64,000 nt of DNA from Macrostomum lignano. Taxonomy: Eukaryota. This document shows positions 21,962 through 32,755 of the stretch, in pieces (the stretch's first letter is position 1; every line of letters starts with the position of its first letter). The stretch spans positions 400,967 through 464,966 of the forward strand of contig NIVC01000952.1 in NCBI GenBank assembly GCA_002269645.1. Direction: 5' to 3'. The notes beneath the pieces were generated by a model. That model saw only the letters and a program-made list of their open reading frames with translations, searched no databases and was not told the origin of the DNA. A program made the position numbers and the translations under genes.

Positions 21962-24900
21962 TCACAGCGGTGCGGGCAGCAGACAGTGGCGCAGCAGCAG
22001 GCAGGCCAGCAGGCTAGCGCTGTCGGTACCGCCGCCGACTGTCATCGGGGAGGCGCCGCCGCTGAGCCAGACGCAGCCGGATTCGGCGAAGGCGCGGGCA
22101 GCGTGGCGCAGAAGGAGCCGCGTCAAGCTGGGCTGGAGGCGCCGGCCGTTCAGGCTGATGCTGAGCATGCCGGGGTAGCGGGCGCTCGCCTCCACCTGCC
22201 AGGTTGGAAAGACAAGAAAATTCGATTGAAGCAAAACAGCAAATACAGGGGTTTCCCTAGTTGGGATAGGGGATTTCCCTAGTTGGGATAGGGGGTTTCC
22301 CTTGTTGGAATAGGGGGTTTCCCTAGTTGGGATAGGGGGTTTCCCTAGTTGGGATAGGGGGTTTCCCTAGTTGGGATAGGGGGTTTCCCTAGTTGGGATA
22401 GGGGGTTTCCCTAGTTGGGATAGGGGGTTTCCCTAGTTGGAATAGGGGATTTCCATAGTTGAGATAGGGGATTTCCATAGTTGAGATAGGGGACTTCCAT
22501 AGCTGAGATAGGGGGTTTCCCTAGTTAGGATAGGGGGTTCCCTAGTTGAGATAGGGGGTTTCCATAGTCGAGATACGGGGTTTCCCTAGTTGGGATAGGG
22601 GATTTCTATAGTTGGGATGGGGGATTTCCATAGTTGAGATAGGAGATTTCCATAGTTAGGATAAAAGATTTCCATAGTTGGGATGGGGGATTTCCATAGT
22701 TGGGATAGGAGATTTCCATAGTTGGGATAAGGGATTTCCATAGTTGGGATAGGAGATTTCCATAGTTGGGATAAGGGATTTCCATAGTTGGGATAGGAGA
22801 TTTCCATAGTTGGGATAAGGGATTTCCATAGTTGGGATAGGAGATTTCCATAGTTGGGATAGGGGGTTTCCCTAGTTGGAATAGGGAGTTTCCCTAGTTG
22901 GGATAGGGGATTTCCATAGTTGAGATAGGGGATTTCCAAAGTTGAGATAGGGGGTTTCCATAGTCGAGATAGGAGGTTTCCATAGTCGAGATAGGGGATT
23001 TCCATAGTTGAGATAGGAGATTTCCATAGTTGAGATAGGGGATTTCCATAGTCGAGATAGGGGGTTTCCCTAGTTGGGATAGGGGGTTTCCCTAGTTGGG
23101 ATAGGGGATTTCTATAGTTGGGATGGGGGATTTCCATAGTTGAGATAGGAGATTTCCATAGTTGGGATAGGAGATTTCCATAGTTGGGATAGGAGATTTC
23201 CATAGTCGAGATAGGGGGTTTCCATAGTCGAGATAGGGGATTTCCATAGTTGAGATAGGGGATTTTCATAGTTGAGATAGGAGATTTCCATAGTTGAGAT
23301 AGGGGGTTTCCATAGTCGAGATACGGGGTTTCCCTAGTTGGGATAGGGGATTTCTATAGTTGGGATGGGGGATTTCCATAGTTGAGATAGGAGATTTCTA
23401 TAGTTAGGATAAGGGATTTCCATAGTTGGGATAGGAGATTTCCATAGTTGGGATAGGAGATTTCCATAGTTGGGATAGGGGATTTCCATAGTCGAGATAG
23501 GAGATTTCCATAGTTGAGATAGGGGGTTTCCATAGTCGAGATAGGGGATTTCCATAGTCGAGATAGGAGATTTCCATAGTTGAGATAGGGGGTTTCCATA
23601 ATCGAGATAGGGGGTTTCTATAGTTGGGATGGGGGATTTCCATAGTTGAGATAGGGGGTTTCCCTAGTTGGGATAGGGGGTTTCTATAGTTGGGATGGGG
23701 GATTTCCATAGTTGAGATAGGAGATTTCCATAGTTGGGATAGGAGATTTCCATAGTTGGGATAAGGGATTTCCATAGTTATTAGTTGGGATAGGGGATTT
23801 CCAAAGTATAGGGGGATTTCCATAGGATAGAGGGATTTCAATAGGATAGAGGGATTTCCATAGGATAGGGGATTTCCATAGAATAGGGGGATTTCCATAG
23901 AATAGGGGGATTTCCATAGGATAAGGGATTTCCATAGTTTAGAAGGTGATTTCCATAGTTGGGATAGGGGATTTCCATAGTTATTAGTTGGGATAGGGGA
24001 TTTCCATAGGATAGGGGGATTTCCATAGTTGGGTTAGTGTTGGATAGAATTCTTGTTTTTATTGTCGAATAGGGAGGGGACTTATTAGAAGAGTTTTAAT
24101 TGCCACGGGGATTTATATTATCCCACCTGCAGCAGCTGCACCGACCGCATGCCACCGCCGCGCAGTCGAACAACGACAGGTGCCGAGCTGCGAGCCACCA
24201 CCGTCAGGGAGCGTCGGGAGGCCGCCGCGGCGGCTGCGGCAGTCGAAGCGGCCACAGCGGCCGGGTCGGGCCGGCGCCGCCGATACCGCTGGATGCCACG
24301 GCTTTGGATTGCTGGGTAGCCGGGCAGCAGCCGGGGCAGCTGGTAGAGACCGGCCTGCAATGGCGGCAAATTAAAGTGGCGATGGCGTTGCTATGAACTT
24401 GTGCAAATTGACGGTGGTCCAGGGTGTGCAGAGTCAGGAAGTGATGATTCAGGGAGTGCAGAGTCAGGAAGTGATGATTCAGAGAGTGCAGAGTCAGGGA
24501 GTGCAGAGTCAGGAAGTGCAGAGTCAGGGAGTGCAGAGTCAGGGGGTGCAGAGTCAGGGAGTGCAGAGTCAGGGGGTGCAGAGTCAGGGGGTGCAGAGTC
24601 AGGGGGTGCAGAGTCAGGGAGTGCAGAGTCAGGGGGTGCAGAGTCAGGGGGTGCAGAGTCAGGGGGTGCAGAGTCAGGGAGTGCAGAGTCAGGGGGTGCA
24701 GAGTCAGGGAGTGCAGATTCAGGGAGTGCAGAGTCAGGGGGTGCAGAGTCAGGGGGTGCAGAGTCAGGGAGTGCAGAGTCAGGGGGTGCAGAGTCAGGGG
24801 GTGCAGAGTCAGGGAGTGCAGATTCAGGGAGTGCAGAGTCAGGGGGTGCAGAGTCAGGGGGTGCAGAGTCAGGGGGTGCAGAGTCAGGGAGTGCAGAGTC

Positions 24901-27094
24901 AGGGAGTGCAGAGTCAGGGATTGCAGAGTCAGGGAGTGCAGATTAAATATGCTGAGTTCCCCACTGACCTCAACGCTGGCCACCAGGCCTCCAGCGCTAA
25001 CATCCTCATCGTCCACCTCATCATCGATGACGTCATCATCGTCCTCATCTTCATCGGAGCTCAGGTCCTCGCTGAGTTCCTCCTCGTCTTCGTCCTCATC
25101 GTCATCCTCGTCGCTGGTGTCGGGGGCCGCCCGGAACCGGCGGCAGACGAAGTCCAGAGGCGAGTCAGCAGCGGAGGCAACCAGATCGCCGCCCGAGCCG
25201 TCCAGAGCTGCCGCCTCTTCGAGCTGGGCGAGCAGGTCCTGCAGGCAGCAGTCCGAAGCCAGGCTGAGCGAGTCCGGCGACTCCGGCCTGCCGCTGTCCA
25301 CCAAAGCGGTGGAAGCGCCGGCTGCTGTCGCCGTCGCGTCGACCTCCTCGACATCCTCCGACAAGTCGGTGGCGGGCATGGCGGTGCCGTCCAGCAGCAG
25401 CCGGGGATAATCCACATCCGGGTGCGCGGCCCCATCAGCAGTCTGTGGCAGCAGCGGGTCGAACTCCGCCGGCTTCGCCGCATCCTCAGCTGCCGCCTGA
25501 TCGCTGGAAGTCGTACAGAAGTCTGCTGTTGCTGAAGCATCTCCGTTCTCTTTGGGTGTCGCCTCGGAGTTCGTTGAAGCAGCGGCAGCAGTAGTATCTA
25601 GCGAGTTTTCCTCCATTTTAGTAGCCATTTTGCAGTCGCCAAGAGAGGCGGTCAGAATGTCCGCAGTGGAGGCTGGGGCAGTGGAATACGCGGCGGCGGA
25701 CTCGTCCGTTTTCGGATCGGCCGCCAAGCGGTCCAAAGCGGCCAGGGCGGACACAGCGGCCGCCCCAGAGCCAGCGGCCTCGTCACTGCTCGGGTTCGAA
25801 TCCGATGTAGCGGTGGCCCCGTCAGCCGACCCGGAGGCAGCCAGCGAAGGCGAGGGCTCGAAGCCGAGCGCCAGGGCGGCCTCGTGCTCCGCCCAGCCGT
25901 GATTCTTCTGAAAGGTGAACCCGTCAACTTCTTCGCCGCGCAGAGACCTGCCGACATTCCTGATGAAGGTGGCCTGGTCAAGGCCGGACTCGAAGTAGCT
26001 GGACACCGGGTCGGAGATGTTGGGGTGGTACAGTAGAAACAGCAGGCCCTGCAGGCAGTCCTCGATGCCGAAGGTTCGATTCCATTCATCGAATAGGTTG
26101 AGGCAGATGTTGTGCTCCAAGGTGAGGTCGGCATCGATGTTGGGGTGGTAAATGTCCGTCAGGCAGACCACGTCAGGCGCAGAGTCGGGATACTGCTCCG
26201 AGGCGTGAATCTGCGGGCGGGCAGCGGCAGGGCTTGGGCGTCACTTCTTGCGGGGTTCGGGGCGCACCGAAATGGGGCTTCAGCGTGCCGATGTGGGATC
26301 TCAGGGGGTTTTCAAGGTGCCGATGTGGGATCTCAGGAGGTGTTCAAGGTGCCGATGTGGGATCTCAGGGGAGTCTTTAGGGTTCCGATGTGGGATCTCA
26401 GGGGAGTCTTTAGGGTCCCGATGTGGGATCTCAGGGGGTCTTCAGGGTTCCAATGTGGGATCTCTGAGTGTCTTCAAGGTGCCGATGTGGGATCTCAGAG
26501 TATCTTCAGGGTACCAATGTGGGATCTCAGGGTGTATTCAGGGGCCGATGTGAGATCTCAGGGTGTCTTCAGGGTTCCGATGTGGGATCTCAGGGGGGGG
26601 GGCTTCAGGGTGCCGATGTGGGATCTCAGAGTGTCTTCAGGGTGCAGATATGGGATCTCAGAGTGTCTTCAGATTGCCGATATGGGATCTCAGGGTGTCT
26701 TCAGGGTGCTGATGTGGGATCTCAGGGTGTCAACAGGGCTAAGCTTTTAAGCTTAAATTAAGATATGTGCCACACTGGGTCTTCAGTAATGCCCAGAAAT
26801 CATAAGGTATTATTTGGACGTCAAGAAAAAAGGGGCCGCTGCACATGAAACTCATCGCTAAAAATCTTATTGTGGGCAGTTCAAAATACCACATGCCATT
26901 AACAGTGAATGCGGCTTTACCCATACCTGGAATAAGAATTTGCCATGCTTGTAGGGCCCATTGTTAGGCGCCAGTTCAACAATAAAGCAGTTCAGGTTGT
27001 CGGCATCATAGTCCCGGATGCTGGCCTGTCCACTGAATTTCTTGTCTATTGACTTGATCAGCCTGTTGAATTCTTTCACAAACCTGGAGGACAT
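21962..27094 (-). CDS. Ubiquitin-conjugating (E2) family protein, Ubc12/UBE2M-like core plus long acidic low-complexity tail. 4 exons (26927-27094, 24969-26210, 24127-24354, 21962-22195), ~623 aa
   Basis: GPYKHGKFLFQI, YPDSAPDV, YHPNID...NICLNLFDEW (catalytic Cys), LYHPNISDP and FIRNVGRSLRG. All introns are phase 0 with GT/AG ends. The last two exons are assigned by splice sites and phase only. Confidence 0.85.
22250..24030. repeat. ~22-bp minisatellite, ~1.8 kb, last intron of the E2 gene
   Basis: ggggatttccatagttgggata units, decaying at the right end. Confidence 0.95.
24420..24942. repeat. 15-bp minisatellite, E2 intron 2
   Basis: ggg(a/g)gtgcagagtca units. Confidence 0.95.
26275..26730. 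repeat. ~31-bp degenerate minisatellite, E2 intron 1
   Basis: ccgatgtgggatctcagggg(t)gtcttcagggt units. Confidence 0.9.
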
Positions 27095-27750
27095 GGCTGC
27101 AGGCTAGTCAGGGACTATTATCAGCAATATTTATCGAACTGCTTGAGCCTCTTTTGCCCATGCAAAAGCAGAGCCAAACTGTTGCAACTAAGCAGTGCCT
27201 GAATTAAAAATCAGTGGTCAGTAAGGAGATTTGCTCAAACTGATGCTGAAATAATAATGAATTGTGAGCAGATTAATTGCAAAAACCAGGGCAGACTTTA
27301 AACTATGACCTTGATTCAAAGTTCAGTATTGCTTATTATAAATAATTATAGCATGTACAGACTTATTAGACTAATAATAACTTACTGGTAGTTTTGCAAC
27401 TTAACTATAAACTACCACAATTTACATTAACTACAATGGTTAGGTTAGCTAGCAGTTGCACTATATAGACATATATAATCTATGTATTTTAGAATTTAGT
27501 ATTTACTTATAACAACATTCTTTGTTAGTTTGAATTTTTATTTAAATACACAATCCTTAGGCCAAATCATAAGTTTAATTTATATTAAAATATACTATAC
27601 AATAAGCTATATTAGACTTAGAGATCATATCACATTCTAGAAGATATCATTTATGCTAGAATTTTCTGATGTATATTTGGTTTAGCATGCATTATATACA
27701 TTTAGTTCTAGCATGAATTCTAGTATGTAATTAACTTAATATTAAGTTTT

Positions 27751-27900
27751 TAGTGTAGTGGTCAGAATGTCGGACTTACAACTTGAAACTTGAGGGTTAA
27801 ATTCTCAATCCCACTAGAACAGTTTGTGTCCTTGAGCAAGACATTTAACTCTGCATTGCTTTAGTTCACCCAGCTATAAAATGGGTAACAACATTAGCTG
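27751..27900 (+). mobile_element. Degenerate tRNA-derived CORE-type SINE
   Basis: A-box-like TAGTGTAGTGGT, decayed B-box GGGTTAAATTC, then TGTGTCCTTGAGCAAGACATTTAAC...CCCAGCTATAAAATGGG, resembling the CORE domain as recalled from MIR. Confidence 0.6.
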
Positions 27901-28299
27901 GGATAATTGAGGGTATATGTATATGTGAATAGCTATATATAGCCTTTAGATACACTATGCAATAGCTGGTAATTAATTGGTATAAGTACAATTATTATTA
28001 TTATTAGTATTATAATTGATATAATTTAAATATTAATAATAATAACTGGTATATAGTTGTTATTATATTTTTATTCATATTATTCATATTAGCCATAAAA
28101 AAGCCTACAAATATTTATTATAAAGGCATCTAGATAAGTGACTTGATCTAAAATGTGACCATTATTGGCTAGGGTCTAAAATATTCATATAATAAAACAA
28201 ATATAATTAAACTATGATCCATAGGCCTAGTCAAGAAGGTGCACTGTGTTTGCTGGAATAAACTTCCCATATTTATTTATTATATGCCATGCATTAAAG

Positions 28300-28502
28300 C
28301 AGCAGTTTTCAACCTTTTTAGGCAACCCTAATTTATTAACTTGCATCATTTTAAAATGTTTGCAACCCCTTTTATAATCAATATAATGCATCATTAAATA
28401 TGATTTACTCACACATTTCTCATTGCTGCAACCCCCAGAAAATGGTCACATAATCCCACTGGAGGTTGCATGACATCTCAACCCACAAGTTAAGAACCAC
28501 TA
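28300..28502. mobile_element. Old ~200-bp hAT (Charlie-like) MITE
   Basis: Left end CAGCAGTTTTCAACC and right end AGTTAAGAACCACTA both resemble the CAGTGGTT.TCAA type TIR. Internal GCAACCC repeats. 8-bp flanks cattaaag/tgctaaat share TAAA. Confidence 0.5.
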
Positions 28503-29787
28503 TGCTAAATAATAATTTTTTTGTGCCATGTGCCAATACTTAGGGTTGTCATAGCCCAAAAATGAAGTAAAAGATAAACATGTTTATATGAATTTGAGCA
28601 AAGTATAGTGAATTTTAACTTTGACCAATCTTTTGTATTTATATTAAAATTAACAATTGTTGTAAAATACTATTATAACACTCTTCTATAAAATACAAAG
28701 AATGATAAATCACAACACAAAAACAATTCTTGTATTAAACTATTCAAAGGAATAACTAAAAGCCAGGCCATTGTTCCAAGTACACTAAGTTGCATGCCCT
28801 TATCTTATTTTTTTATTTTGCACCATGAGCCAAATACACCAAGAATTCTAAAGAAATGGATAATTAGTGCCAGAATATTTCATGAAATCTATAGCGCATG
28901 ACCAAGATGGCCACAGCTCTGAATGGCTGCTTGGATAGGAATAGGTCTATATATTTCCTCATTTCCTATTGGCTGTGATTGGGGTGGGGTATGACCTATC
29001 TTCAAGTCTCAGAGAAGACAGATTTCATTAGTGAAATTAGATTAGTATAAAACAAAAAACTTCCTTTATAGCAGGTATTACTACCTACTAAAGCTAGTAA
29101 CACTACTAGCACAAGACATTTGATTTTTGTATCAAGGATAATAGTTTCAAACCTATCTCAATATACTAAAACTGAAGTGTTGTTTGTATATATATTAAAA
29201 GTTAAAGGTAAAGGGTAAAGGTCTAAGGATATGCACCTGCCATTTTGTATCTAAGTGCTTAGACTGTTTTCAGTGAATGAAACAGATGAATTTTGAACAG
29301 GGCATGAAATTTACCCAGTTTTTATCCCTTTAAACAAGTAAATTAGTCTTGACCAATAAGAGAAATTCAAAAAAGCTACATGAAGAAGAGATTTATCTAA
29401 TACGAAATATGTCTACACCTCTTAGGGACCTACTATAAGTAGGAAATTATGACTCATTTTTGCCTTTAACCCAATATACTCAAGATTTTTTGACTGCCTG
29501 TCTAAACCCTCCCCCATTTCAACCCCACATCTCCCCCAAAGCTATCCAATAGTAAACCAGTTGTCATTTTCTGTGACCCCCATCCTAGCTGTGGCCATCT
29601 TAGTATATGGCCATCTTGGTCTTATACCAAATCTACTACCTTCTTGACTATGAACTAGGGCCTATAATAGAAGATATAATTAATATTGCCATTGGCACTA
29701 GGCCTATGATTAATTTTTTACTTTTTTTATTTAGTCAAAATGTCTTAATTTGATAAGTTTTAATGCAAATAAAATATTTTATATCAA

Positions 29788-30503
29788 CAGTGTTGGGCGC
29801 AATACTTTAAAAAACAAAGTATTGTTTTAAAGCAATACTCCAATACTGATACTCTAAAAGGTATCAGCAATATCTGTTGGTCCAATACCAAAATTTGAGT
29901 ATTGCGCAATACTTTATTCCAATACTTGGTCCAATACATCATTTTTTGCGTTTTCTTACTTTTCTACATCTATCAAGCCAAAAATGAAGAAAAAGCTTTT
30001 AGCTACTTAATTTTTAGAAACTAAAGACTCTAGTGAGATGTAAAAACTAACTCAATAATTAGAAATTAGATGTTAATTGACTTTTACTAAATTAAATTTA
30101 TGAACAATTTAACAGGAACCTACTCACTTAATAGCTAATATCATTTAAAATTAAGAATTCAATTCAGAGCAGCTCAAGTAGGATATGGTGGTTGCCCCAG
30201 AGAAGTATCAGCCTCATGAAGGTCAAAGTCAAATTGGCCAGTGGAGCGCGCTTTGCATGGAGAACATCCTTTCTTTACTTCATGTTACTTTCTTTAATAC
30301 TTTCTAGGCCTTTTAGTCAAATTTATTACTATTAGTATTAGTTTGCTTAAATATATATATCGGATTTTTGGACTTAAGAAAATATATTGGCGATACCAAA
30401 GTCTAATACTGAGAAAAAAGTAACAAGGTCTGATACTCCGATACTCAAATGGTATTGGCAATACTATCGGAGTATCAGAGTATTGGACCTGTGCACAACA
30501 CTG
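29788..30503. mobile_element. ~716-bp non-autonomous TIR element (hAT-like)
   Basis: TIRs CAGTGTTG...CAACACTG with many subterminal CAATAC/GTATTG/GATAC motifs at both ends; no ORF. Confidence 0.6.
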
Positions 30504-32755
30504 TATCTGTATATCAAGCAAAATATGCTAAATGAAATAGTAATACATAGGCCTATGCATTTAGGCAAAATGCCTTCAAAACATTGTTCTTTTTTATTTA
30601 TTTATCCTTTTAGAATCAGAATTCTCTTTGCTAATGTAATGCAATGATGGATTTGGATTAGGCCTATAATTCTTATAGATGGGCCTAGACCAAAAATAAA
30701 ATAAATGCCAAAAAATAAAAATCAGCCCAAGTAGCCCAAATATATGACTAGTAGCAATTTGCCAACTAGTATAGGCCTAGTGGTAACTGGTAGGCATAGC
30801 CCTAAGCCTAGTAGTAGACTGCGCCTAGAACCTATGAGTCTATGACTGTGACTGGTTCTCTGGTTGTTAGAACTAAGTTTTACTTACTTAGAACCTAGAA
30901 AAAAAGCAGCATATTTGTAATTGTATGCTCAATAGCTCAACAGCATGGAAAAAATTAGGGGGCTATAGGTAGGCAATATAGATGGCGTAGCTTATTTTGA
31001 AATAAGTAGGATAGGAAGCTTTGATTGTAAACTAGGCCTCCCCTCACTTTGGCATGATTAAGTACCAAAATTAACTGCAAGATTTTAATATAGGCGCAAA
31101 TGCTAAAAACTGAACGAATTTCTCAAAATTTCAAATCCGACATCGGTTAGAGTTTAGGACTAGGACTAATAAGTCAGGTTAGTGGACCCCCTCCCGACCT
31201 CAAGAAAGATTACACAAGAGATTTTTTGGGACTATATAGAGTCTGCTACTTTCTAATATTTAATTTCGAACTCTTTTAAATCTTATATAAAGTAAAACTA
31301 ACTGTTGCTGATTTCTAAAGTAAGAAAAAAATGATTACTTTAGTAATATAAAAATCACGATAATTAATTTGTTCAGTTACTCATTTTTTTAATTTAGGCT
31401 TTTCTTGAATATTAAAAGTTAGCTTCAACGGAAAATTTAACTTTCAAGAAGCTGCCTAATATTTTTCGTATCCTAATATGTTTGATACAATGCTTGACCC
31501 GGATGGTAAGTAAGTACTTCGTACGTACATGGCATAAGATATATGGTATCTATTAAGCACAGAGCTATGGTAATTAGCTAATAAGAAAATCGGTTGAGCC
31601 GTTTTTTTAATCTATCGCATAGCTGCATACATACAGACAACTCGTTTTAGTATATAGGATATGTCAAAGCTAGGATAGAGAAGAAATAATTTATTTTTAA
31701 GAAAGTCATAGTCAGGATAGATGATATTAGGTAGGGAATATTGCATGAGCCGGTTTTGGGCGCAGAGGACACACAGCACAGGGTGTAAAATAGGTGAACC
31801 ATCTCTTGTCGCAGACGAATGAGACGATGCATCATCTTGACAGGGAATTACTGGCAAAATAATATTTTTGCAGCACAATTTTTAAGTAGCACATTCCAGC
31901 ATAACATAATCTTATTTATCTCATCTTTCAATTGTAAAAAATGACTGCATATTAGCTTTGTATTGGTTATAAATTATTTTATTAATGTTGCAGCTGTTTC
32001 GACACTTTCAGCCAGCAAGATATTTCCAGAAAAAGCTATTATTATTAGTAATTATTGCTCTCACTTCTTAGTACGTCAAATTGCATTACTTTGAAATAGC
32101 AACAGTCTTAAGAATTCTCGCCAGCAATGACTCAAAATGGCCAATGAACCATTTTGCAGTTGTTTAATTCTTTTATGCTTACTTTTACCTTATAGTCTGT
32201 ATTACCTTATCAGAAGTAAAAATACCAGTAACAATTATAGTCTGCTCTTAAGGATATTATGTTTTAATATACAAGTAAGGGATACGAGTATAGTGTACCT
32301 GTAACTATTTCAATTGGGTAGAGAATAATATGATTCTGTGTAATTCAGAAACGACATATGATCATTATTGAGTACTTTGGATAGTATATGCATAAAAAGG
32401 TAGAATTCAGTACATTATGTGATCAAGTTAGCTGTCATATTGGATTGGCTACGCCGCTACATAGATATTGAAAATTAACAAATTGATAGCTTTAAGTAGT
32501 CGATGCATTTTTTACTTGAAGTGTGAACTTTGTTTCCATTGAATAAATGTTTGTGGGGCGATATTGCTGCCAAAATAGTGCTTGATCGACACTTTGATCT
32601 TGAATAACTTTTAATGCCTGCTTTGCTTCAACACCGCTTTTCAGAGCGTCGGAGGCCGTAGTTACTGTCAAGGGCAAATTCAGTTAGTCAACAACAAGCC
32701 AAGTACAGAGAGGCATTAGCAGTCTGCTCACTGCGGGGCTCATCTGGCCGCAGCC

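Noticed and set aside
19868-24026. ORFs over the 31-bp and 22-bp arrays
   Set aside because: Repeat translation artefacts.
24393-25535. 380-aa GVQSQ-repeat ORF on the + strand
   Set aside because: Antisense to the E2 gene and explained by the 15-bp repeat plus GC-rich antisense sequence.
27751-27815. tRNA gene
   Set aside because: The B-box is decayed, no cloverleaf is evident, and a CORE-like body follows, so it is a SINE head.
31050-31800. Possible Helitron or MITE remnants (atccgacatcggtt, gaaaatcggttgagccgttt)
   Set aside because: The motifs are too short and no termini could be defined.
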